The position numbers and the translations under genes are program-made. Shown piece after piece: positions 49,699-62,724 of a stretch of DNA of 64,000 bases. The first letter of the stretch is position 1; each line of letters opens with the position of its first letter. The notes below the pieces were generated by a model. It did not search any database, had not been told where the DNA came from, and saw only the letters and a list, made by a program, of their open reading frames with translations. Source of the stretch: Nemertoderma westbladi (taxonomy: Eukaryota; Animalia; Xenacoelomorpha); assembly GCA_032718475.1 (NCBI GenBank), contig JAUCBJ010001939.1, positions 1 through 64,000 of the forward strand, in the 5' to 3' direction.

Positions 49699-51289
49699 AA
49701 TGCAGTAAATCGTATATGAAATATTAACAATTATCACTCAGTATCTATCTATAGGGCCTAATAGTATGTAGTATATGATTCCTACAGGACCATTGGACAG
49801 GTCCAGCGGTTTTTTGTACAACTTGCTTAACTACTTAATGCACCTACAACTGTACAACACATGTACACTGAACAACTGTACAACTCTCTATTACAACATA
49901 TGTCAGTATGTATGTTGTATTCTGTACTGCTGTAGGCTGTATGCTGCTATGCAGTATGCTCATGCTACGCTACCGGCTGACCTGCTGACTTGCCTGCCTG
50001 CTGACCTGGCTATACAGCTCCATTGATGCCCCCCCCCCCCCCCCCCCCCTGCTTGCTATACAGCAGTGCTGCAGTGAGCAGATACCAGGCCAGGATACAG
50101 TGCTGTCTGGCCTGCTGGCTGTGCTGCAGTTGCAGTACAGCAGTAACCTGGTAACTTACCGGCTGACCGGTAGGCCTGGCATAACCCCATAACTGCACAA
50201 CTAACGTGTAACGTGTAACGGCACCAACGGCCACCCTACCGGCAACCGCAAACGGTAACGTCCGCGTCCAAAAACGCACCGGCAGACCGGTCAGCCGGTA
50301 CCGCCGTACCGGTACCGCACAGCTGCACAGCCGCAGCACTGCACGCCACCACATCGAAACCACACGCGCATCACTCACCTCACCAGACAAGACAGCCAGA
50401 CCAGACTGCTGGACTGACTGAAAGAGCACAAGCACACCCAACAAAGCAACAGCAAACCCCCCGAACCAAGTTACCCCAGGTACCCGGTACCCCTAATGCT
50501 GTAATGCCTACTGGCCTAACTCCACCCACTCCACACTCCAGCACTCAGACACCAGCCTAAGCCAGTAAGCTAAGAAAGACCAAAAGTCTGAAGTCAATAC
50601 CAGCTGACCGGTAATACAAAACAACCTAAACAGCTAAACGCAAACGTCACCTTACTTACAGCCTTATCAGTACACAGTAGGCCTACAGAGTAGTTAGTAC
50701 CGCTATTATACTTACATCCTAAATGGTGTAAAGAACTTAATTTTGCGAAGACTTAATTTAAATGTGTGACGTGGAAGTAAATTTAAATGTGTGTGATAAG
50801 TAAGTTTGACCTTGTACTGCATGTGACATGTGCAACGTAAATCATCAATTAATGGAGACATTACAACACTTGCATTTTATAACTGGTCCGACCTCTGGTT
50901 CTTTCTAGCAACTGTATAATGAATGTGAATTAATATTTGGATCACTTACTGGTAAACGCCTTGACGAAGTCATGTAGTTGTAGATTATATCCCTTTGTTG
51001 CTATATACCAGTACATAGAGGTGGGTGGTTCGCACGTTTATAGTTCAAAAGGCATGTTCTTTGAATAACCAGCCAGCCCCATATAACGAAAAAATATGAA
51101 ATTTTAATGATAACGTCCATTATAGCAACATGAACCCGAAGTTTGGTTAAACTTTAATAATGAAGAACGAGTAATCTAATGCTGGGTCCACTAAGTCCAC
51201 TGTGGTAATTTGAGGTTTTTGGGGTTTATTACTTGAAAGCCAGCAAGCTGGCTGGAAGGTGCCCGGGGGAAGAATCATAGCCAAGACTA

Positions 51290-52950
51290 ATTCAAATGAA
51301 CTATGTCAGTCAGCAGTAAGTAAACTTTACGCTGGAGCAGGTTGCTTCTAGTGTTGATCTTTTTGTAAATTCCAAGAAGACCAAAATCATGACAGTCAAC
51401 CTAGACAGCCCTCAAGAAATGTCTGATCGTAGGGGCATAAGCTCTAAGGATGGCTTGCTTGAGCACGTGGATGACTTCTGCTACTTGGATCAGAAAGTCA
51501 GGTGAAGACCTTCGGATATGTAATGGGATGGCATCACTGGGCAGCCTTGAATAGTCTGTCCAGGATTTGGAAGTCCCATAGAATAAAACGGAACCTTAAG
51601 GTTCGATTATTTATGGCTGTAGTAGTACCAGTACTCTTTCTTATATGGAACTCCGACTCCATGCTGGGCTCTAACTGCAGAGGATACCAAATCTCTGGAT
51701 GACACTTTAACAATAATAGTTCCATTGTGTCAAGTACAATGAACACATCTCCAATTAGACTCTACACAACATTGGAGGTTTTTCATTTGTCTCCCCTAGC
51801 TTGACACTTGAACGGAACCGCCTCCGCTTTGCAGGACATTACTTCGCCGTGAGGACCAGCCAGTGCATAATCTTGTACTTTGGCAGCCTCATGGAGTGAA
51901 TAAGCACGATGGACAGCCCATGACTTTCTTGATTCGCATCTAAAGGACACTTGCCTTGAAGATGCGATGATCTATAGCAAACGTCATGGGTGATAGGGAG
52001 TTGTGGCGGCGCAATTTTGTCGACAAGCCGGCGCAGCATTCTTAATATATATGTAATATATATATAATGCAGCTGCAATGCAGCATGCCGATCGTAGTAG
52101 TAAGTAAACTAAACAATTGTCTTAACTGTAAGTCGTGAGAGGCTAGATGACTTTGTGGCTCGTCCCACATAATAAAAAATGAAACTTTGCTACCACTAAC
52201 AAAAATATAATGTGAAGCAAATAATTTCATTATCAAGCATGTTCACAGTTAACTTTGAAAGTCTTCAGCAACTCTCTGATCGGATGAGCATAAGCTCAAA
52301 GGATGGTATGCTTGAGCATGTGGACGACTTCTGTTACCTGGGATCATGGATCCGGAAGTCAGGTGAGGACCTTCGAATACGTAAGGGAAAGGCATGGGGG
52401 CAGCCTTGAATAGGCTTTCCAGGATGGAAGTCACCGAGAATTAATCGGAAACTTAAGGTCCGATTATTTAGAGCAGCAGTAGTTCCAGTACTCCTCTATA
52501 GGAGTCCATGCTGGACTCTAACTGCTGAGGACACCAAATCTCTGGATGGCACATTCACAAGAATGCTTGCTACGCCGGGTTCATTTTGTCAAGTACAATG
52601 CACACATCTCCAACCAGACACTATATAACATTGGAGGTGTCTCATTGGTTCCCCCAAGCTTGACACTAGAACAAAATCGCCTCCGCTTTGCAGGACATTG
52701 CTTTCGCCGTGAGGACCAGCCAGTGCATAATCTTGTACTTTGGCAGCCTCATGGAGTGAATAAGCATGGTGGACAGCCCATGACTTTCTTGAGACGCATC
52801 TTAAAGGACACTGGCCTTGAAGATGCGGATGATCTAGCAAATGTCATGGGTGATAGGGAGTTGTGGCGGCGCAATTTTGTCGACAAGCCGGCACAGCATT
52901 CTTAAAATTGCAGCTGCAATGAAGCATGCCGATCCTAGTAGTAGTAGTAT
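51290..52950 (+). mobile_element. Two tandem 5'-truncated RTE-like LINE copies
   Basis: VDDFCYLGS, KVRLF.A.VVPVL, RLRFAGHCFRRE, MGDRELWR; each ends GCAGCTGCAATG.AGCATGCCGATC.(TAG)n (~52100 and ~52949). Confidence 0.87.
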
Positions 52951-54729
52951 GTTTACAAGATATAAATAAGATTACCGAATATTTATAAAAAAATGCCATG
53001 ATGCACAACCAACCGGATAAATAACAACGAATAGTGCCAAATAATAAATTTAGTATTACCCATATTACCCGGTCAGCTGAATATCTCTTCCCAGTGAATC
53101 CTATGTGTATTTCTATAAGGTTACTCACTGCTAAGTTAGGTGGCAGGCCAGCTGATTGAATTATTAGCACAGGGCCCTTCAAATGTTAGATTCATAATGG
53201 CATCTAGGGGCTGGGATTACTCTCTCAGACTGTAAACAAAGCTGTTCAATGGTGAGGGAACCAACTACACTACGTTTGTCTATGGACGGTCTTCTCATAG
53301 ACAGCTTGCTGGGTTTTCAAGTTAATTAATAGGGCTGCCTTTGATGTATTCTATGGGTTAGGCCCTCCCAATAATACTCCTAAAGCCAACTCTATGTATT
53401 CCTTTGTCTATGTCTAAGTATGTCTAAGTACATTTAATTTCGCGACAAAATAATATCAAAAATCGAAATATATCGAATACCACACATAGTATCGATCTGA
53501 AATTTTGTAACGCAAAGCAATTTACTTGCAAAATCACTACTGTTTTTATCAATTCATTGATATACAATGACCTACTATAAATATATATCTTTAGTAGGTC
53601 ATGAATAGACATTAAAATATATCTAAATAATAATTTATAATTATTTGACGACGTGTTAATTCAGAACCTGGTCAGATTTTTTTTTATATAAAAATAGTTT
53701 ATTTTATATAATCGCCGCTCAACATTTTTTTCATGAGATAGAAAGAGAGATGAATTTACAACGTCTACTACATATACCGCTTGTTTGATTCAAGCAAGGC
53801 ATTTTATTTCCACTTTGAATTTTTCCAATCCTATCTGGTTTTCTTTGTAGCCTGCGAAAGTTTGAACCAATGTTGAGTGGCAGTCCTGGTGGTACATCAT
53901 AATTCATTATAATTACCGAGGGGCATCTATATTGAATCGTTAATTAGGAGTACGAGACGCCAGGGGCAACCGGAATGCCCACTATTGGTTGATGTTAAGG
54001 ATGAACTTCGTATTATAATTGCTCATCAACTCCCTTCGTATTCAGTTTACCTGACATGGACACAATATCGTTGAATGACCTCTTATTTCATATCTCTAAG
54101 CTTTTATTGATGAATTTGTTTGATTTACGTCACATTATATTGTTATCTCTACCATACTTCAACATAGATGATTTGTAAAACTATGATGGGACTTTGCCAT
54201 GGAGCCAACGCCCCAAATATTACATTAAATTGACTGCAGTGGTCAACCAATCACATGTGGCAATGCTGCACTGTCTGGAGTTAATCCCTTTTTTTTAAAT
54301 GTACCAGATTTTATCTGAGAAACTTTTAGTCTTTTTTCGTGGCGCGTATTATAATTATAAGGCCAATCACAGCCAATCATATGAGTTTTATTGATAATAA
54401 TAAGTGGACTTTATGATTGAAAGAATGCCTTACTTAACATTTGTTCATACTCGAATGTTCTGGGATTTGAAACTTCATAAGGCAATATAGATAACAATCG
54501 TTACATACCTACCTGGCTTGTTTGATTTACATAATTATCTCTAGTCACATAAAATAAAACATACAAATTATTATCCTCGCTGTTCATTAATCCAATTAAC
54601 TTTGAACTTAAAAATGTCAGTGCATATTTTCTAGAGTGTAGCGCATAATGTCAGGGTGGATTGAAATTATTTTTTCTCTTAATTTAAGTTTTCTCTTCTT
54701 TGAAAATTGGCTCAAGTATAAGAACAACT

Positions 54730-55051
54730 GATTTAACACAATTGACAACTTTCACGTTTGACAAACTGCCCCATAAAATTACACTTGTGATTTGTGGAGA
54801 CGGGGGGGGGGGGGGGGGGGGGGGATTGATTTAGGGAAAGGAGCAGGTTACAGTGGCACGTTATTTTAATCCAAACAATAAACTAAACACAATAGAACAG
54901 GTTACAGTTTTATTTTTGAGAGTAATCAACTGTTATTTGAGTCGAATTTCCCCTGGAGAGGGATGGATTTTTAATGCGTCCAGTTTACCCCCCCTCCCTA
55001 TCTGGATTTAACACAATTGACAACTTTCACGTTTGACAAACTGCTCCATAA
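54730..55051 (+). repeat. ~65-bp direct repeat flanking a ~210-bp G-tract-containing segment
   Basis: GATTTAACACAATTGACAACTTTCACGTTTGACAAACTGC.CCATAAAATTACACTTGTGATTTGTG near 54730 and again near 55005. Confidence 0.8.
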
Positions 55052-55229
55052 AATTACACTTGTGATTTGTGATGAAAAAGGTCAAATTAACCAAATTGAT
55101 TCATTATCAATTTCTCTTCTTAGAATTGATTAAGCTTGAGTTACGAAGCTGTAATATATTTATATATTTTTTTTGAGTGAGCCCTGCAATAAAGCGATAA
55201 TAGATCAACAATAGCTCGGAAAATAGCGC

Positions 55230-56370
55230 TACTGGGACTGGTTGAAGGAATTAAGTCAAAGATCCTTCCCGCAGTTCTTACCTTTGTGGACTTAAAGAAA
55301 GCGTTTGACCTCATCCATAGAGGTAAAAGGCTGGGAATCCTAGGAGCTTATGAAATACCAGAAGTAATTGTTGCTGTCATTGGATTGTTGTATTATTGTG
55401 ACACAGAAGCTCGAGATGGTAAAACTGGGTTCTTCTCAATCCTGCCTGGTCTACTGCAAGGGGACATTATACACATTGGAACCATTACTATCACCCTGCC
55501 ACAACTGGTAAGATCTTGGGTTTAGACTACAAGATCTCAAAAGCTGCAGATATCCGGCAACTACAGTCACATACACCATAGTTGCCGATGAGATTTCACT
55601 GTTCCTAGTACGCAAGCATATGCACAACTTCTAGAAAATTGGAAAGGGCTGCTAAGGAAGTTGGATTGCATTTAAATCCGTGACCGAATACATGACTTTT
55701 AATGGAAGCTTTACCTCAATTAATTGATAATAATCAACTAAGGAAGGTTGACGACTTCCAGTACCTTGGGTCATGGATAGAGAGTAGCAAGAAAAGACAA
55801 GGGGTTATGGAAGCATGGGAAGTTAGGGAAGCATAGGCATGGGTAGCTCTATCAAAAATAGAAACCATTTGGAAATCAGATCTCTCCAGGCACCTGAAGA
55901 CTAAATTCTTTCGAGCCACAGTAGAAAGTGTACTTTTATACGGGGGTGAGACCTGGACACTGACGAAATCACTTGAACAACGAATTGATGGTTGCTACAC
56001 AATACTACTAAGGGCAGCCCTAAACATCAGCTGGAGACAGCACATGACAATCGCCGAGCTTTATGGTACAACAACACATGTATCAACAACACATGTATCA
56101 ACCACCCTCTGTAAACGCAGATTAAGATTCAGTGGGCTCTGCTGGAGAACTAAAGACAAGGTCATACCAGATCTACTTTTCTGGCAACCAACACAAGGAA
56201 AGCGTAGCTGTGGATTACCGGCTATTATATAGACAAATGTGTACAATTTGGACTTGAGAAAAACGAAATCGCGACAACTATGGAGAATGGGGAGCCTGGA
56301 AGGATCTTATTTCCACTGACTGAGCTCGCAAGCACTGAAATTCAAGAATTATCGCTCAACCTAGTAGTAG
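55230..56370 (+). mobile_element. Degenerate RTE-like LINE (second family)
   Basis: DLKKAFD.IHR, GLLQGD, VDDFQYLGSW, FFRATVESVLLYG.ETWTLT, RRLRFSG.CWR. Confidence 0.82.
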
Positions 56371-57132
56371 AGTGTTAAGCGATCACACAAAGCGATGTCT
56401 GGGGCAGTCAAGTCATATAAATACCAATAATCCTCTATCGTGATCACTAACTCGAATTTTACGGCATATATTCCTGATTATTTTATTCATTATTTCGAAT
56501 GAGCCTGATTATTATCAATCAATGCAACATGAGTTCTATAAGTCGAAATCAAAGTCAAATGGGAGTATTTGGGTTACTCGATGGCGCATTTGATCCGCTA
56601 AACGACGCACAGTGCATTGCTTTATGGCAATGAGGTTGCTTCATGGCAGGAGGGCCAAAAAGGTTAACTTTGATAAAACATAGGTTAACAATGTAATATT
56701 GAGAAAATGATAATTAACCAATTTGAGAAATTTGAATTTTGAATCATGCAAATTTCAATTTCATGAACTAAGTTTTCCTTGCCTGATCATGGACCCGTTG
56801 GACAGGGTCAACAGTGAGAGTTATTGTTTTTGTTTTGCACTAATCGTGTTTTACGTCCTTGAACAAATTTCCCATGAATGGAAAACTTCAATTTTCACAA
56901 CAAATTATAGTAATGCTTCAATTTATCAAATAAAATAAATTAATTAATTAACTTTATATGGGTGATAAGTTTCTTTCTTATGTTGAATTGATGGAATGAT
57001 TTTATTAATTTTTGCCAAGATATCACGACGTGTATGCGTTCATAATTAATTATAAAACTAACGTCAGGTGGTGGGTGAGGATTGGTCAATCCTTGACGCA
57101 GAACGGATCCACGTTCGTTTCAGTCTCGCGAT

Positions 57133-57996
57133 ATGGCCATGGATTTCGCTTTCGGTAGTATAGGGGCGATGGGTGGTGTTGTAGCCAGCCACCCATTCGA
57201 TACCGTGAAGTCCCGTCTCCAGTCCCTCGGAATGGTGAAAGACATGGCCTATCGCAACCCAATACACTGCGCGGTGACCATAGTGGAGACAGAGTCAGTT
57301 CGCGGTCTCTACAAAGGGATGATGGGTCCGTTACTAGGAAACAGCGTCGTCTACGGTGTAGTCTTTCTCGTATATGGGACCGTGAAGGGATTCTTTCCTG
57401 AGGATAACTTGAAGTCTCAGGTGATCTCGGGTATGGTAGCGGGGGCCGTTCAGTCTATAGTTGGCTCTCCAGTAGAATTAGGTAAAATACGTTTACAGAC
57501 TCAGGGCGTTAATAAGCATTTAGCCCGCGAAAAGGGCCTGTATACCAACTCGGTGCAGTGCGTTTGGGATATATACCGGCGCGAGGGGCTGAAGGGTTGC
57601 ACTCGAGGTATGCTCACTACGATCCTCAGAGATGCCCCGAGCTTCGGTGTTTATTTTCCCACCTACGACATTCTCCGGCAGAAACTCTCGCATAGCGGAC
57701 ACAAACGGGATTCTAGTCTACGGGATATGGCCATAGCCGGTGGCATATCCGGTAGCTTATCCATAGCCGTTGTGTACCCCATAGATACGGTGAAGTCTCG
57801 ACTGCAGCTGGACGGCCAGCACGGAAGAACGCGTTACCTCGGGATCCTCCACTGCGCCCGCTCCATCCTCCACGAGTCCGGAATACGGGGGTTCTTCCGC
57901 GGATTCGCCACGATGTGTTTCCGTATGTTTCCTATGAACGCGGTTACCCTCACTACAGTTACATTTCTCTATCAGGCTACTGGTCATACATTATAA
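57133..57996 (+). CDS. Mitochondrial carrier (SLC25A29/45/48-like amino-acid carrier), intronless CDS nested on the same strand in PYG intron 12
   Basis: Three PX[DE]XX[KR] signatures (PFDTVKSRLQ, PVELGKIRLQ, PIDTVKSRLQ), RDAPSFGVYF, R.FP.NA; 287 aa intact. Confidence 0.92.
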   Translation: MAMDFAFGSIGAMGGVVASHPFDTVKSRLQSLGMVKDMAYRNPIHCAVTIVETESVRGLYKGMMGPLLGNSVVYGVVFLVYGTVKGFFPEDNLKSQVISGMVAGAVQSIVGSPVELGKIRLQTQGVNKHLAREKGLYTNSVQCVWDIYRREGLKGCTRGMLTTILRDAPSFGVYFPTYDILRQKLSHSGHKRDSSLRDMAIAGGISGSLSIAVVYPIDTVKSRLQLDGQHGRTRYLGILHCARSILHESGIRGFFRGFATMCFRMFPMNAVTLTTVTFLYQATGHTL

Positions 57997-60055
57997 GTAA
58001 TAATAGTTACCAAGGCCGCACAAAGTATAGATAGACCTTTGTTTTAAATAGCGAAAAGTACTGAAACACAAATATAATAAAATCAGGTTATTTTACCCAA
58101 TATATATATTGTTTGATAGAGGCTCTGTTTGCATCCAATTACATATAACACCCAATTATACACAGTAGAATATAACTCACTTTTCCAACATTTTATACTC
58201 ATTGGGTGTTCTGTGTTTCCTTTATGACATTTGGGGATGGGCCTCATATTTGTTTCGCTTGACACACTTGTTATATTTGATGATAATATAAATTCAATCA
58301 TGGTGTCTCTCTAAAGTAAAGTAGACCCTTGTTACATCGTAAGGCAATCACCCTACCTAATTAAATCCCGCAATTGAACATTTATTTTACAGCGGAAAAA
58401 TTTGAAGGCAATTTCATAAAAGTAACATTTATAAAAAGATGAATTTAAATAAAACATTCTACAAAATTAGAAATTTCACAAAAAAGTACTATTGTGTCAA
58501 CTAACTGGGATGGGCATATGGGCTCGCAATTGACGCACTTAATACAGTGTTTTATATTGTCCGTCAACATCATTGTGTTATTTAATTAATATTAATATTT
58601 TACGTATAAAACCTATTGTAGTAAAAGTTATAAATCGTGGGATGAAATGTATGTTTGGTGAACCCCAAGTGTAGTATAATGTTTATGGTAATATCTACTA
58701 AATTGTTTATCCCTGATGATTTTTATTAAATTATCATTGGTTTTGTATTTTATATTTTTTTTATAACGTGATTCACCAATCAGCAATTAATAAAGGCAGG
58801 GATTATATGGATCAGATATATGGATTGCCTGTCTATATTTTTACAAGTCATGTCCAATCGGTAGTAAAATTTCTGCATATGGTGAAATTATCACAAAATT
58901 TCAGCCCCTGAAATCTTCCCAGGGGAAACTGTGCCCAGCAGACATCAGGCAGCGTCTCTGCAGGGTGATGCTGGGTTTTGGCAATGATATGCTACCATAG
59001 TTGTATAACACATCATTGCTTATTTGTGCGTCATATGCAACGTTATACAATTTATCCTTGAATAATCTTGATTTACGTGTAAGAATTTTATAATTCATTG
59101 ATAATTGTATCATACAATATAAAATGGGCAGAGAAACTGACAGACAGTCAGACCGACAGACAGGGTACATTTATCATGATACTGAACTTGGATTGTCTTG
59201 TTTTACTGATAGGAATTTTACATTTCATTGATAATTGTAGCATACCAGGGAAACAGACATGCGGCGGACAAACGGACATACAGACAGACATGATAATTAT
59301 AGTTCGACATACTGACTAACAGGGGCTATTGTTTTACCTGGTTATTTTATATATATATACAGACAGACAGACAGACTGACAGACAGACAGACATAAACGT
59401 CTTATAAATTTCAGAGACCTCATACGTTATAAAATATCTCAAGTAAGCAATTAAGGGTGCTTACACTGCAAAGTAATAGATAAAATATACTTAAGTACCA
59501 TATTTTTCATAGTTTGAAAATCGACAGACACATTTGACAGAGAGCCAGACAGACATGAGCGTATATTTTTTTGCAAGTCTATGTCCGATCGGTAGAGCAA
59601 CTATATGTGGAAATTATCACAAAAATTCAGCACCTCAAGTCTTCCATTTTTTTACAGCACCAGCGCAAACACCAGTGGGGGGGGGGGGGGGGGGGTGTTG
59701 AATCGACCCCCCCCCCCCCCCCCCCCGGCTCTAAGAGGGTTAAGGACCTCCATGCTCCATAACTACCACCCTAAACTACAGTATTTAATAAATAAATTAA
59801 TAAATATATAAGGTATATTTAATATATCTTATTTATTTAATATACCTAATTAATAATTCTGGCTATAAATATTTGATGGCTTCTCGTCGTATTTTGTTGT
59901 TCGAGCTGCGTCTAAAGGACAATGCAAAGAAAAGGAGAGTTTTAGAACGATTTTACACGTTCGAACACTACAGTCACATAGAGTTCTATCAAAGATGCCG
60001 TTTTGACAAAGCGGTGTGGGTTTTTTACTGGAAGAGTTCGGATAAGGATTGGTAA

Positions 60056-60387
60056 GTGTGGGGCGAGCCACGAAGTGAGCGAAGCCTTAGCATATGGGTG
60101 CCATTGGCGAGTTGTCAGTCGTCGTCGTCTGTCGTCGTAAAGTTTTGTACGCTAATAACTCGGTCATTCCTTGATGAAATTAAACGAAACTTGGTATGTA
60201 TGTAGTCCGTCAAAAGTTTAGAAAGAATCTGAAGTTTCGTCAAAAACGAACGAACGCAACCAGGCACAAGATTAGGACGAGTATTGTGTTGAAGACTTCT
60301 GACTAACGCCAGACAACTCGTTAATGGTACCCATATGCTAAAGGCTTTGCTCACTTCGTGCTGCGCGAAGACCCCACGAACGTGTAA
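60056..60387. mobile_element. Non-autonomous Helentron/DINE-1-type element, short copy
   Basis: ~40-bp imperfect inverted repeats (CACGAAGTGAGC.AAGCCTT.AGCATATGGGT.CCATT), GTC microsatellite, ATAACT...GATGAAAT...AAACTTGGTATG core. Confidence 0.65.
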
Positions 60388-61408
60388 GTTCTGCGAAGAA
60401 CAACCCGTTGTCGCCTGAGACCAAGATGCTAATATCCTACTGTACTATAATCCTACTGTAATTCCGTTTAGTGAGGTCAGTTAGTGGGTGTGCTTAGTAA
60501 GGTGGTTAGGGGGGTAAACTGGCACTAACTTAAAAGTGTTAGTGTTAGTGAGCTTGGTGCAACGGTACTAAGAAAGTCTCACTTAAGTTAGTGCCACTAA
60601 CACCGCCCTAACCGGTTAGTGGCACTAAGTAGTTAGTGGAGCTTGGTGCAACCGGCTGCTGGCCCCTTAGTCAGGGATGCTGTTTACTTATTGGTTTATT
60701 GAGTAAAAAACAACCTGGACCAACTCTGATCCCGAAGTTTAATCACTCCAATCATTAACCTTGAATGTACGTTGTTGTCAGTTATCTTGATTCTGATCTG
60801 ATCAGCGATCTTTTATTATGTAAACTACTGATCAGTATCCTTGACGCCAACATCATAAGTTATCTACGGGCTCGCCTTCTACCCACGCAACGTTACCTCA
60901 TGGAATAATATAGGTCACCAATTGGTACCCTGACTTGGTGCAACTACATATATTTTTTGATAAATCACATACAGCATTGTGATGATAATATTGTAGATAT
61001 GCTTCACGTGTTTCGCGCTCGTTTATTGCCGTAATTAAATTTATTTGCTGATAATTTTATAATGAAATGTTTAATAATTATTAATGTTTAAACATTTTTA
61101 AGTGGAAAACTATAAATTTGTTTTCTCCGCAAAGCATAATAATTGGGCCCATGTTAATAAGAAGAAGATCGTGACTTTACTGGGGCCAGAGGTAGTCGTA
61201 GAATAAACTTGGTTAATCTAATGGAAATGTTAATTGAGTAAAAATGAAGATATAAAATATGAGTTAATTAAAGAAATTAACAATTTTTGTAAAACCGCTT
61301 GATGAAAGGTTTTGCTCTCCAAAGCGCAACCATTTTTAACATAAAAGGCCTTGTACACAATACAATCCCTTTATTTCAGTTTGCAGTTTCCATAAATTAT
61401 ATTTATAG

Positions 61409-61536
61409 TTGAATGGCTCTTTGACAATCGGGACACTAGATGGCGCTAACGTCGAAATGAAAGAAGAAATGGGGTCGGAGAATATATTTATCTTCGGTAT
61501 GAAAGTAGATGACGTTGATCGATTGAGAAGCAAAGG
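61409..61536 (+). CDS. PYG: Glycogen phosphorylase exon 13 (gene continues beyond window)
   Basis: AG|[34 protein letters not shown]|GTAAGT; directly continues exon 12 NMKFM in phase 0. Confidence 0.94.
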
Positions 61537-61961
61537 GTAAGTAATTATAGTGTGGATTATCTTACAGTATGTTATGTACGCTAACAGTGCAGTTCGTTAG
61601 TTATTCTACGTTAGGATAATAGATTATACCTCGTGTGATTGATTATTGTTCGGTCGCAGGATGTCAATATGCACTGCAGTACAGAACAACCACAAGAATG
61701 ATCTAGTCCCGTATAGAAGTAATTTATCATTAATAATGCAACCAACATTTTCGTATTCTTGGCGCATCGTCATTAATCTATCTTTATAAATAATAATATA
61801 TTTGCTATATTTATTTTTGAGTTTAAAAAAATTACCCAGTTAAGGGTTATATATTTCAGTTTCAGGGTTAAGCTATCAGTAACATTTTGTTTCAATATCA
61901 GAAAGGCTAGAATAAATATGAATATAATTCATTTCAAATAATTTGTGTTAATAAACCACGT

Positions 61962-62716
61962 CTATTCCAACCCTCTCCATTATTCCAACCCCTCCATTAT
62001 TCCAACCCCTCCATTATTCCAACCCCTCCATAATTCCAATCCCCCATTATTCCAACCCCTCCATTATTCCAACCCCTCCATTATTACAACCCCCCATTAT
62101 TCCAACCCCACCGATTATTCCAACCCCCCATTATTCCAACCCCACCGATTATTCCAACACCTCCGATTATTCCAATCCCCAATTATTCCAAACCCCTCCA
62201 TTATTCCAATCCCCCATTATTCCAACCCCTCCATTATTCCAACCCCGTCGATTATTCCAACCCATCCATTATTCCAATCCCCAATTATTCCAAACCCCTC
62301 CATTATTCCAATCCCCCATTATTCCAACCCCTCCATTATTCCAATCCCCCATTATTCCAACCCCTCCATTATTCCAACCCCGTCGATTATTCCAACCCAT
62401 CCATTATTCCAATCCCCCATTATTCCAACCCCTCCATTATTCCAATCCCCCATTATTCCAACCCCATCGATTATTCCAAAACCCATTATTCCAACCCCGC
62501 CGATTATTCCAAACCCCATTATTCCAACCCCACCGATTATTCCAATCCCCCATTATTCCAACCCCTCCATAATTCCAATCCCCCATTATTCCAACCCCTC
62601 AATTATTCCAATCCCCACTATTCCAACCCCACCGATTATTCCAACCCCACCGATTATTCAAACCGCCATTATTCCAACCCCACCGATTAATCCAAACCCT
62701 CCACTATTCCAACCCC
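61962..62716 (+). repeat. 15-17-bp C-rich minisatellite
   Basis: Variants of CCATTATTCCAA(C/T)CCC(CT). Confidence 0.95.
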
Positions 62717-62724
62717 TTGTCTAT

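Noticed and set aside
50010-50444. 144-aa minus-strand ORF
   Set aside because: Low-complexity GC-rich sequence upstream of SEC61G, non-ATG start, no recognisable domain.
40035-57996. PYG-SLC25 fusion protein by alternative splicing
   Set aside because: The phase-0 donor joined to the 57067 acceptor is out of frame with the carrier and meets TAG.
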